DNA of 64,000 nt from Eledone cirrhosa (lineage: Eukaryota). A program made the translations under genes and the position numbers. The notes below the pieces were generated by a model. It was not told the DNA's origin and searched no databases. It saw only the letters and a program-made list of their open reading frames with translations. Position 1 is the stretch's first letter. Every line of letters starts with the position of its first letter. This document shows, in pieces, positions 38,831-52,112 of this stretch. The stretch is from positions 35,650,001-35,714,000 of the forward strand of contig OZ024740.1 of assembly GCA_964016885.1 (NCBI GenBank), read 5' to 3'.

Positions 38831-41800
38831 TGTGGTTTAACAGGCGACAGTTATATGTAAGTGGTTGTGGTTTAACAGGTGACAGTTAGATGTAAGGTGT
38901 TGTGGTTTAACAGGTGACAGTTAGACGTAAGGTGTAGGGGTTTAACAGGCAACAGTTAGATGTAACGTGGTGTGGTTTAACAAACGACAATTAGATGTAA
39001 GGTGTTGTGGTTCAACAGGCAACATATAGATGTAAGGTGTTGTGGTTTAACAGGTGACAGTTAGATGTTAGGTGTTGTCTTTCAACAGGTGACAGTCAGA
39101 TGTAAAGTGTTGTGGTTTAACAGGTGACAGTTGTATGTAAGTTGTTGTGGTTTAACAGGCGACAGTGAGATGTAAGGTGTTGTGGTTTAACAGGCGACAG
39201 TGAGATGTAAGGTGTTGTGGTTCAACAGGCGACAGTTAGATGTATGGCGTTGTGGTTTAACAGGCGACAGTGACATGTAAGATGTTGTGGTTTAACAGGC
39301 GACAGTGAGATGTAAGGTGTAGTGGTTTAACAGGTGACAGTTAGATGTAAGGTATAGTGGTTTAACAGGCGACAGTTAGATGTAAGGTGTTGTGTTTTAA
39401 GAGGCGACAGTGAGATGTAAGGTGTTGTGGTTCAACAGGCGACAGTTAGATGTAAGGTGTTGTGGTTTAACAGGCGACAATGAGATGTAAGGTGTAGTTG
39501 GTTAACGGGTGACAGTTAGATGTAAGGTGTTGTCGTTTAACAGGCAACAGTTAGATGGAAGGTGTTGTGGTTTAACAGGTGACAGTTAGATGTAAGGTAT
39601 AGTGGTTTAACAGGCGACAGTGAGATGTAGGGTTTTGTGGTTTAACAGGTGACAGTTAGATGTAAGGTGTTGTGGTTTAACAGACGACAGTGAGATGTAA
39701 GGTGTTGTGGTTTAACAGGTGACAGTTAGATGTAAGATGTTGTGGTTTAACAGACGACAGTGAGATGTAAGGTGTTGTGGTTTAACAGGCGACAGTGAGA
39801 TGTAAGGTGTTGTGGTTTAACAGGCGACAGTGAGATGTAAGGTGTTGTGGTTTAACAGGCGACAGTGAGATGTAAGGTGTAGTGGTTTAACAGGTGACAG
39901 TTAGATGTATGATGTTGTCGTTAAACAGGCGACAGTTAGATGTAAGGTGTTGTGGTTCAACAGGCGACAGTTAGATGTAAGGTGTTGTGGTTTCACAGGT
40001 GATAGTTAGATGTAAGATGTTGTGGTTTAAGAGGCGACAGTTAGATGTAAGGTGTTGTGGTTCAACAGGCGACAGTTAGATGTATGGTGTTGTGGTTTAA
40101 CAGGTGACAGTTAGATGTAAGGTGTTGTGGTTTAACAGGCGACAGTGAGATGTAAGGTGTAGTGGGTTAACGGGTGACAGTTAGATTTAAGGTGTTGTCG
40201 TTTAACAGGCAACAGTTAGATGGAAGGTGTTGTGGTTTAACAGGTGACAGTTAGATGTAAGGTATAGTGGTTTAACAGGCGACAGTGAGATGTAAGGTGT
40301 TGTGGTTCAACAGGCGCAGTTAGATGTAAGTTTTTGTGGTTTAACAGGTGACAGTTAGATGTAAGGTGTTGTGGTTTAACAGGTGACAGTTATATGAAAG
40401 TGGTTGTGGTTTAACAGGTGACAGTTAGATGTAAGGTGTTGTGGTTTAACAGGTGACAGTTAGACGTAAGGTATAGGGGTTTAACAGGCAACATATAGAT
40501 GTAAGGTGTTGTGGTTTAACAGGTGACAGTAAGATGTTAGGTGTTGTCTTTCAACAGGTGACAGTCAGATGTAAGGTGTTGTGGTTTAACTGGTGACAGT
40601 TGTATGTAAGTTGTTGTGGTTTAACAGGCAACAGTTAGATGTAAGGTGTTGTGGTTTAACAGGCGACAGTTAGATGTAATGTGTTCTGGTTTAACAGGTG
40701 ACAGTTAGATGTAAGGTGTTGTGGTTTAACAGGTGACAGTTAGATGTAAGGTGTTGTGTTTCAACAGGCGACAGTTAGATGTAAGGTGTAGTGGTTTAAC
40801 AGACGACAGTTAGATGTAAGGTGTTGTGGTTTAACAGGTGACAGTTAGATGTAAGGTGTTGGGGTTCAACAGGCGACAGTTAGATGGAAGGTGTTGTGGT
40901 TTAACAGGCGACGGTGAGATGTAAGGTATTTTGGTTTAACAGACGACAGTGAGATGTAAGGTGTTGTGGTTTAAAAGGTGACAGTTCGATGTAAGGTGTT
41001 GTGGTTTAACAGGTGACAGTTAGATGCAAGGTGTAGGAGTTTAACAAGCAACAGTTAGATGTAAGGTGTTGTGGTTTAACAGGTGACAGTTAGATGGAAG
41101 ATTTTGTGGTTTAAAAGGCGACAGTTAGATGTAAGGTGTAGTTGGTTAACAGACGACAGTTAGATGTAAGGTGTAGTGGTTTAACAGACGACAGTTAGAT
41201 GTAAGGTGTAGTGGTTCAACAGGCGACAGTTAGATGTAAGGTGTCCTGGTTTAACAGACGACAGTTAGATCTAAGTTTTAGTGGTTCAACAGACGACAGT
41301 TACATGTAAGGTGTTGTGGTTTAACAGGTGAAAGTTAGATGTAAGGTGTAGTGGTTTAATAGGCGACAGTTAGATGTAAGGTGTATTGGTTTAACAGACG
41401 AGAGTTAAATTTAAGCTGTTGTTGTTTAACAGGCGACAGTTAGATGTAAGGTGTTGTGGTTTAACACACGTCAGTTAGATGTAAGGTGTTGTGGTTCAAC
41501 GGACGAGAGTTAAATGTAAGGTGTTGTGGTTTAACAGACGACAGTTAGATGTAATGAGTCGTTTAACAGTCGTTAGTTAGATGTAAGGTGTAGTGGTTTA
41601 ACAGGTGACTGTTAGATGTAAGGTGTTGTCGTGTAACAGGCGACAGTTAGATGGAAGGTTTTGTGGTTCAACATGCGACAGCTAGATGTATGGTGTTGTG
41701 GTTTAACAGGCGACAGTGACATGTAAGATGTTGTGGTTTAACAGGCGACAGTGAGATGTAAGGTGTTGTGGTTTAACAGGCGACAGTGAGATGTAAGGTG

Positions 41801-44615
41801 TTGTGGTTCAACAGGCGACAGTTAGATGTATGGTGTTGTGGTTTAACAGGCGACAGTGACATGTAAGATGTTGTGGTTTAACAGGCGACAGTGAGATGTA
41901 AGGTGTAGTGGTTTAACAGGTGACAGTTAGATGTAAGGTATAGTGGTTTAACAGGCGACAGTTAGATGTAAGGTGTTGTGGTTTAAGAGGCGACAGTGAG
42001 ATGTAAGGTGTTGTGGTTCAACAGGCGACAGTTAGATGTAAGGTGTTGAGGTTTAACAGGTGACAGTTAGATGTAAGGTGTTGTGGTTTAACAGGCGACA
42101 GTGAGATGTAAGGTGTAGTTGGTTAACGGGTTGACAGTTAGATGTAAGGTGTTGTCGTTTAACAGGCAACAGTTAGATGGAAGGTGTTGTGGTTTAACAG
42201 GTGACAGTTAGATGTAAGGTATAGTGGTTTAACAGGCGACAGTGAGATGTAAGGTTTTGTGGTTTAACAGGTGACAGTTAGATGTAAGGTGTTGTGGTTT
42301 AACAGACGACAGTGAGATGTAATGTGTTGTGGTTTAACAGGTGACAGTTAGATGTAAGATGTTGTGGTTTAACAGACGACAGTGAGATGTAAGGTGTTGT
42401 GGTTTAACAGGCGACAGTGAGATGTAAGGTGTTGTGGTTTAACAGGCGACAGTGAGATGTAAGGTGTTGTGGTTTAACAGGCGACAGTGAGATGTAAGGT
42501 GTAGTGGTTTAACAGGTGACAGTTAGATGTATGATGTTGTCGTTAAACAGGCGACAGTTAGATGTAAGGTGTTGTGGTTCAACAGGCGACAGTTAGATGT
42601 AAGGTGTTGTGGTTTCACAGGTGATAGTTAGATGTAAGATGTTGTGGTTTAAGAGGCGACAGTTAGATGTAAGGTGTTGTGGTTCAACAGGCGACAGTTA
42701 GATGTATGGTGTTGTGGTTTAACAGGCGACAGTGAGATATAAGGTGTAGTGGGTTAACGGGTGACAGTTAGATGTAAGGTGTTGTCGTTTAACAGGCAAC
42801 AGTTAGATGGAAGGTGTTGTGGCTTAACAGGTGACAGTTAGATGTAAGGTATAGTGGTTTAACAGGCGACAGTGAGATGTAAGGTGTTGTGGTTCAACAG
42901 GCGCAGTTAGATGTAAGGTTTTGTGGTTTAACAGGTGACAGTTAGCTGTAAGGTGTTGTGGTTTAACAGGCGACAGTGAGATGTAAGGTGTTGTGGTTTA
43001 ACAGGTGACAGTTAGATGTAAGATGTTATGGTTTAACAGACGACAGTTAGATGTATTGTGTTGTGGTTCAACAGACGACAGTTAGATGTATGGTGTTGTG
43101 GTTTAACAGGCGACAGTTATATGTAAGTGGTTGTGGTTTAACAGGTGACAGTTAGATGTAAGGTGTTGTGGTTTAACAGGTGACAGTTAGATGTAAGATG
43201 TTATGGTTTAACAGACGACAGTTAGATGTATTGTGTTGTGGTTCAACAGACGTCAGTTAGATGTATGGTGTTGTGGTTTAACAGGCGACAGTTATATGTA
43301 AGTGGTTGTGGTTTAACAGGTGACAGTTAGATGTATGGTGTTGTGGTTTAACAGGCGACAGTTATATGTAAGTGGTTGTGGTTTAACAGGTGACAGTTAG
43401 ATGTTAGCTGGTGTGGTTTAACAAACGACAGTTAGATGTAAAGTGTTGTGGTTCAACAGGCAACATATAGATGTAAGGTGTTGTGGTTTAACAGGTGACA
43501 GTTAGATGTAAGGTGTTGTCTTTCAACAGGTGACAGTCAGATGTAAGGTGTTGTGGTTTAACTGGTGACAGTTGTATGTAAGTTGTTGTGGTTTAACAGG
43601 CAACAGTTAGATGTAAGGTGTTGTGGTTTAACTGGCGACAGTTAGATGTAATGTGTTCTGGTTCAACAGGTGACAGTTAGATGTAAGGTGTTGTGGTTTA
43701 ACAGGTGACAGTTAGATGTAAGGTGTTGTGTTTCAACAGGCGACAGTTAGATGTAAGTTGTTGTGTTTTAACATGTGAGAGTTGCATGTAAGTTGTTGTG
43801 GTTTAACAGGCGACAGTTAGATGTATGGTGTTGTGGTTTAACAGGCAACAGTTAGATGTAAGGTGTAGTGGTTTAACAGACGACAGTTAGATGTAAGGTG
43901 TTGTGGTTTAACAGGTGACAGTTAGATGTAAGGTGTTGGGGTTCAACAGGCGACAGTTAGATGGAAGGTGTTGTGGTTTAACAGGTGACAGTTAGATGTA
44001 AGGTGTAGTGGTTTAACAGGCGACGGTGAGATGTAAGGTATTTTGGTTTAACAGACGACAGTGAGATGTAAGGTGTTGTGGTTCAAAAGGTGACAGTTCG
44101 ATGTAAGGTGTTGTGGTTTAACAGGTGACAGTTAGATGCAAGGTGTAGGAGTTTAACAAGCAACAGTTAGATGTAAGGTGTTGTGGTTTAACAGGTGACA
44201 GTTAGATGGAAGATTTTGTGGTTTAACAGGCGACAGTTAGATGTAAGGTGTAGTGGTTTAACAGACGACAGTTAGATGTAAGGTGTAGTGGTTTAACAGA
44301 CGACAGTTAGATGTAAGGTGTAGTGGTTTAACAGAAGACAGTTAGATGTAAGATGTGGTGGTTCAACAGGCGACAGTTAGATGTAAGGTGTCCTGGTTTA
44401 ACAGACGACAGTTAGATCTAAGTTTTAGTGGTTCAACAGACGACAGTTACATGTAAGGTGTTGTGGTTTAACAGGTGAAAGTTAGATGTAAGGTGTAGTG
44501 GTTTAACAGACGGCAGTTAGATGTAAGGTGTAGTGGTTTAATAGGCGACAGTTAGATGTAAGGCGTAGTGGTTTAACAGACGAGAGTTAAATTTAAGGTG
44601 TTGTGGTTTAACAGG

Positions 44616-47600
44616 CGACAGTTAGATGTAAGGTGTTGTGGTTTAACAGACGTCAGTTAGATGTAAGGTGTTGTGGTTCAACGGACGAGAGTTAAATGTA
44701 AGGTGTTGTGGTTTAACAGACGACAGTTAGATGTAATGAGTCGTTTAACAGTCGTTAGTTAGATGTAAGGTGTAGTGGTTTAAAAGGTGACTGTTAGATG
44801 TAAGGTGTTGTCGTTTAACAGGCGACAGTTAGATGGAAGGTGTTGTGGTTCAACATGCGACAGTTAGATGTATGGTGTTGTGGTTTAACGGGCGACAGTG
44901 ACATGTAAGATGTTGTGGTTTAACAGGCGACAGTGAGATGTAAGGTCTTGTGGTTTAACAGGCGACAGTGAGATGTAAGGTGTTGTGGTTCAACAGGCGA
45001 CAGTTAGATGTATGGTGTTGTGGTTTAACAGGCGACAGTGACATGTAAGATGTTGTGGTTTAATAGGCGACAGTGAGATGTAAGGTGTAGTGGTTTAACA
45101 GGTGACAGTGAGATGTAAGGTATAGTGGTTTAACAGGCGACAGTTAGATGTAAGGTGTTGTGGTTTAAGAGGCGACAGTGAGATGTAAGGTGTTGTGGTT
45201 CAACAGGCGACAGGTAGATGTAAGGTGTTGAGGTTTAACAAGTGACAGTTAGATGAAAGGTGTTGTGGTTTAACAGGCGACAGTGAGATGTAAGGTGTAG
45301 TTGGTTAACGGGTGACAGTTAGATGTAAGGTGTTTTAGTTTAACAGGCAACAGTTAGATGGAAGGTGTTGTGGTTTAACAGGTGACAGTTAGATGTAAGG
45401 TGTTGTGGTTCAACAGGCGACAGTGAGATGTAAGGTTTTGTGGTTTAACAGGTGACAGTTAGATGTAAGGTGTTGTGGTTTAACAGACGACAGTGAGATG
45501 TAAGGTGTTGTGGTTTAACAGGTGACAGTTAGATGTAAGATGTTGTGGTTTAACAGACGACAGTGAGATGTAAGGTGTTGTGGTTTAACAGGCGACAGTG
45601 AGATGTAAGGTGTAGTGGTTTAACGGGTGACAGTTAGATGTATGATGTTGTCGTTAAACAGGCGACAGTTAGATGTAAGGTGTTGTGGTTCAACAGGCGA
45701 CAGTTAGATGTAAGGTGTTGTGGTTTCACAGGTGATAGTTTGATGTAAGGTGTTGTGGTTTAAGAGGCGACAGTTAGATGTAAGGTGTTATGGTTCAACA
45801 GGCGACAGTTAGATGTATGGTGTTGTGGTTTAACAGGCGACAGTTATATGTAAGTGGTTGTGGTTAAACAGGTGACACTTAGATGTAAGGTGTTGTGGTT
45901 TAACAGGTGACAGTTAGACGTAAGGTGTAGGGGTTTAACAGGCAACATTTAGATGTAAGGTGTTGTGGTTTAACAGGCGACAGTTAGATGTAATGTGTTC
46001 TGGTTTAACAGGCAACAGTTAGATGTAAGGTGTTGTGGTTTAACAGGTGACAGTTAGATGTAAGGTGTAGTGGTGTAACAGACGACAGTTAGATGTAAGG
46101 TGTAGTGGTTTAACAGACGACAGTTAGATGTAAGGTGTAGTGGTTTAACAGACGAGAGTTATATGTAAGGTGTTGTGGATTAACAGCCGACAGTTTGATG
46201 TAAGTGTTGTGGTTTAACAGCCGACTGTTAGATGTAAGGTGTTGTGGTTTAACAGGTGACAGTTATATGTAAGGTGTTGTGGTTTAACAAACGACAGTTA
46301 GATGTAAGGTGTTGTGGTTTAACAGGCGACAGATAGATGTAAGGTGTTGTGGTTTAACAGGTGACAATTAGATGTAAGGTGTTGTGTTTCAACAGCCGAC
46401 AGTTAGATATAAGTTGTTGTGTTTTAACATGACAGTTGTATGTAAGTTGTTGTGGTTTAACAGGCGACAGTTAGATGTATGGTGTTGTGGTTTAACAGGC
46501 GACAGTTATATGAAAGGTGTTGTGGTTTATCAGGTGACAGTTAGATGTATGGGGTTGTGGTTTAACAGGCGACAGTTAGATGTATGGTGTTGTGGTTTAA
46601 CAGGAGACAGTTAGATGTAAGGTGGTGTGGTTTAACAAACGACAGGTAGATGTAAGGTGTTGTGGTTCAAAAGGCAACATATAGATGTAAGGTGTTGTGG
46701 TTTAACAGGTGACAGTTAGATGTTACGTGTTGTCTTTCAACAGGTGACAGTCAGATGTAAGGTGTTGTAGTTTAACAGGTGACAGTTGTATGTAAGTTGT
46801 TGTGGTTTAACAGGCGACAGTTAGATGTATGGTGTTGTGTTTTAACAGGTGACAGTTAGATGTAAAGTGTTGTGGTTCAACAGACGAGAGTTATTCGTAA
46901 GGTGTTGTGGTTTAACAGGCGACAGTTAGATGTAAGGTGTTGTGGTTTAACAGACGTCAGTTAGATGTAAGGTGTTGTGGTTCAACAGACAGTTAAATGT
47001 AAGGTGTTGTGGTTTAACAAGACGACAGTTAGATGTAAGGTGTAGAGGTTTACCAGGTGACAGTTAGATGTAAGGTGTTGTCGTTTAACAGGCGACAGTT
47101 AGATGGAAGGTGTTGTGGTTTAACAGGTGACAGTTAGCTGTAAGGTATAGTGGTTTAACAGGCGACAGTTAGATGTAAGGTGTTGTGGTTTAACAGGCGA
47201 CAGTGAGATGTAAGGTGTTGTGGTTGAACAGGCGACAGTTAGATGTATGGTGTTGTGGATGAACAGCTGACAGTTAGATGCATGGTGTTGTCGTTAAACA
47301 GGCGACAGTTAGATGGAAGGTGTTGTGGTTTAACAGGCGACAGTGAGATGTAAGGTGTTGTGGTTGAACAGGCGACAGTTAGATGTAAGGTGTTGTCGTA
47401 TAACAGGCAACAGTTAGATGGAAGGTGTTGTGGTTTAACAGGTGACAGTTAGATGTAAGGTATAGTGGTTTAACAGGCGACAGTGAGATGTAATGTGTTG
47501 TGGTTCAACAGGCGACAGTTAGATGTTAGGTGTTGTGGTTTAGCAGGTGACAATTAGATGTAATGTGTTGTGGTTTACCAGGTGACAGTGAGATGTAAGG

Positions 47601-50600
47601 TGTTGTGGTTTAACAGGTGACAGTTAGATGTAAGGTGTTGTGGCTTAACAGACGACAGTTAGATGTATGGTGTTGTGGTTTAACAGACGACAGTGAGATG
47701 TAAGGTGTTGTGGTTTGACAGGTGACAGTTAGATGTAAGGTGTTGTGTTTTAACAAACGACAGTTATATGTAAGGTGGTGTGGTTCAACAGGCGACAGTT
47801 AGATGTAAGTTGTTGTGGTTTAACAGGTGACAGTTATATGTAAGGTGTTGTGGTTTAACAGGAGACAGTTAGATGTAAGGTGTGGTTTACAGTTGACAGT
47901 TATATGTAAGGTGTAGTGGTTTAACAGACGACAGTTAGATGTAAGGTGTAGTGGTTTAACAGACGACAGTTAGATGTAAAGTGTAGTGGTTTAACAGACG
48001 ACAGTTATATGTAAGGTGTTGTGGTTTAACAGACGACAGTTATATGTAAGGTGTTGTGGTTTAACAGACGACAGTTAGATGTAATGTGTTGTGGTTTAAC
48101 AGACGACAGTTAGATGTAAGGTGTTGTGGGTCAACAGGCGACAGTTAGATGTAAGGTGTTGTGGTTTACAGTTGACAGTTAGATGTAAGGTGTAGTGGTT
48201 TAACAGACGACAGTTAGATGTAAGGTGTAGTGGTTTAACAGACGACAGTTAGATGTAAAGTGTAGTGGTTTAACAGACGACAGTTATATGTAAGGTGTTG
48301 TGGTTTAACAGACGACAGTTAGATGTAATGTGTTGTGGTTTAACAGACGACAGTTAGATGTAAGGTGTTGTGGTTTAACAGACGTCAGTTAGATGTAAGG
48401 TGTTGTGGTTCAACGGACGAGAGTTAAATGTAAGGTGTTGTGGTTTAACAGACGACAGTTAGATGTAATGAGTCGTTTAACAGTCGTTAGTTAGATGTAA
48501 GGTGTAGTGGTTTAAAAGGTGACTGTTAGATGTAAGGTGTTGTCGTTTAACAGGCGACAGTTATATGGAAGGTGTTGTGGTTCAACATGCGACAGTTAGA
48601 TGTATGGTGTTGTGGTTTAACGGGCGACAGTGACATGTAAGATGTTGTGGTTTAACAGGCGACAGTGAGATGTAAGGTCTTGTGGTTTAACAGGCGACAG
48701 TGAGATGTAAGGTGTTGTGGTTCAACAGGCGACAGTTAGATGTATGGTGTTGTGGTTTAACAGGCGACAGTGACATGTAAGATGTTGTGGTTTAATAGGC
48801 GACAGTGAGATGTAAGGTGTAGTGGTTTAACAGGTGACAGTGAGATGTAAGGTATAGTGGTTTAACAGGCGACAGTTAGATGTAAGGTGTTGTGGTTTAA
48901 GAGGCGACAGTGAGATGTAAGGTGTTGTGGTTCAACAGGCGACAGGTAGATGTAAGGTGTTGAGGTTTAACAAGTGACAGTTAGATGAAAGGTGTTGTGG
49001 TTTAACAGGCGACAGTGAGATGTAAGGTGTAGTTGGTTAACGGGTGACAGTTAGATGTAAGGTGTTTTCGTTTAACAGGCAACAGTTAGATGGAAGGTGT
49101 TGTGGTTTAACAGGTGACAGTTAGATGTAAGGTGTTGTGGTTCAACAGGCGACAGTGAGATGTAAGGTTTTGTGGTTTAACAGGTGACAGTTAGATGTAA
49201 GGTGTTGTGGTTTAACAGACGACAGTGAGATGTAAGGTGTTGTGGTTTAACAGGTGACAGTTAGATGTAAGATGTTGTGGTTTAACAGACGACAGTGAGA
49301 TGTAAGGTGTTGTGGTTTAACAGGCGACAGTGAGATGTAAGGTGTAGTGGTTTAACGGGTGACAGTTAGATGTATGATGTTGTCGTTAAACAGGCGACAG
49401 TTAGATGTAAGGTGTTGTGGTTCAACAGGCGACAGTTAGATGTAAGGTGTTGTGGTTTCACAGGTGATAGTTTGATGTAAGGTGTTGTGGTTTAAGAGGC
49501 GACAGTTAGATGTAAGGTGTTATGGTTCAACAGGCGACAGTTAGATGTATGGTGTTGTGGTTTAACAGGCGACAGTTATATGTAAGTGGTTGTGGTTAAA
49601 CAGGTGACACTTAGATGTAAGGTGTTGTGGTTTAACAGGTGACAGTTAGACGTAAGGTGTAGGGGTTTAACAGGCAACATTTAGATGTAAGGTGTTGTGG
49701 TTTAACAGGCGACAGTTAGATGTAATGTGTTCTGGTTTAACAGGCAACAGTTAGATGTAAGGTGTTGTGGTTTAACAGGTGACAGTTAGATGTAAGGTGT
49801 AGTGGTGTAACAGACGACAGTTAGATGTAAGGTGTAGTGGTTTAACAGACGACAGTTAGATGTAAGGTGTAGTGGTTTAACAGACGAGAGTTATATGTAA
49901 GGTGTTGTGGATTAACAGCCGACAGTTTGATGTAAGTGTTGTGGTTTAACAGCCGACTGTTAGATGTAAGGTGTTGTGGTTTAACAGGTGACAGTTATAT
50001 GTAAGGTGTTGTGGTTTAACAAACGACAGTTAGATGTAAGGTGTTGTGGTTTAACAGGCGACAGATAGATGTAAGGTGTTGTGGTTTAACAGGTGACAAT
50101 TAGATGTAAGGTGTTGTGTTTCAACAGGCGACAGTTAGATATAAGTTGTTGTGTTTTAACATGACAGTTGTATGTAAGTTGTTGTGGTTTAACAGGCGAC
50201 AGTTAGATGTATGGTGTTGTGGTTTAACAGGCGACAGTTATATGAAAGGTGTTGTGGTTTATCAGGTGACAGTTAGATGTATGGGGTTGTGGTTTAACAG
50301 GCGACAGTTAGATGTATGGTGTTGTGGTTTAACAGGAGACAGTTAGATGTAAGGTGGTGTGGTTTAACAAACGACAGTTAGATGTAAGGTGTTGTGGTTC
50401 AAAAGGCAACATATAGATGTAAGGTGTTGTGGTTTAACAGGTGACAGTTAGATGTTACGTGTTGTCTTTCAACAGGTGACAGTCAGATGTAAGGTGTTGT
50501 AGTTTAACAGGTGACAGTTGTATGTAAGTTGTTGTGGTTTAACAGGCGACAGTTAGATGTATGGTGTTGTGTTTTAACAGGTGACAGTTAGATGTAAAGT

Positions 50601-52112
50601 GTTGTGGTTCAACAGACGAGAGTTATTCGTAAGGTGTTGTGGTTTAACAGGCGACAGTTAGATGTAAGGTGTTGTGGTTTAACAGACGTCAGTTAGATGT
50701 AAGGTGTTGTGGTTCAACAGACAGTTAAATGTAAGGTGTTGTGGTTTAACAAGACGACAGTTAGATGTAAGGTGTAGAGGTTTACCAGGTGACAGTTAGA
50801 TGTAAGGTGTTGTCGTTTAACAGGCGACAGTTAGATGGAAGGTGTTGTGGTTTAACAGGTGACAGTTAGCTGTAAGGTATAGTGGTTTAACAGGCGACAG
50901 TTAGATGTAAGGTGTTGTGGTTTAACAGGCGACAGTGAGATGTAAGGTGTTGTGGTTGAACAGGCGACAGTTAGATGTATGGTGTTGTGGATGAACAGCT
51001 GACAGTTAGATGCATGGTGTTGTCGTTAAACAGGCGACAGTTAGATGGAAGGTGTTGTGGTTTAACAGGCGACAGTGAGATGTAAGGTGTTGTGGTTGAA
51101 CAGGCGACAGTTAGATGTAAGGTGTTGTCGTATAACAGGCAACAGTTAGATGGAAGGTGTTGTGGTTTAACAGGTGACAGTTAGATGTAAGGTATAGTGG
51201 TTTAACAGGCGACAGTGAGATGTAATGTGTTGTGGTTCAACAGGCGACAGTTAGATGTTAGGTGTTGTGGTTTAGCAGGTGACAATTAGATGTAATGTGT
51301 TGTGGTTTACCAGGTGACAGTGAGATGTAAGGTGTTGTGGTTTAACAGGTGACAGTTAGATGTAAGGTGTTGTGGCTTAACAGACGACAGTTAGATGTAT
51401 GGTGTTGTGGTTTAACAGACGACAGTGAGATGTAAGGTGTTGTGGTTTGACAGGTGACAGTTAGATGTAAGGTGTTGTGTTTTAACAAACGACAGTTATA
51501 TGTAAGGTGATGTGGTTCAACAGGCGACAGTTAGATGTAAGTTGTTGTGGTTTAACAGGTGACAGTTATATGTAAGGTGTTGTGGTTTAACAGGAGACAG
51601 TTAGATGTAAGGTGTGGTTTACAGTTGACAGTTAGATGTAAGGTGTAGTGGTTTAACAGACGACAGTTAGATGTAAGGTGTAGTGGTTTAACAGACGACA
51701 GTTAGATGTAAAGTGTAGTGGTTTAACAGACGACAGTTATATGTAAGGTGTTGTGGTTTAACAGACGACAGTTATATGTAAGGTGTTGTGGTTTAACAGA
51801 CGACAGTTAGATGTAATGTGTTGTGGTTTAACAGACGACAGTTAGATGTAAGGTGTTGTGGGTCAACAGGCGACAGTTAGATGTAAGGTGTTGTGGTTTA
51901 CAGTTGACAGTTAGATGTAAGGTGTAGTGGTTTAACAGACGACAGTTAGACGTAAGGTGTAGTGGTTTAACAGACGACAGTTAGATGTAAAGTGTAGTGG
52001 TTTAACAGACGACAGTTATATGTAAGGTGTTGTGGTTTAACAGACGACAGTTAGATGTAATGTGTTGTGGTTTAACAGACGACAGTTAGATGTAAGGTGT
52101 TGTGGTTTAACA
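44616..52112 (+). repeat. Near-perfect tandem duplication of 3732 bp
   Basis: Constant 3732 offset for GACGTC 44649/48381, ATGAGTCG 44736/48468, ORFs 46384/50116, GTTATTCGTAAG 46890/50622 and TTCAACAGACAGTTAAATG 46981/50713. Confidence 0.95.
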
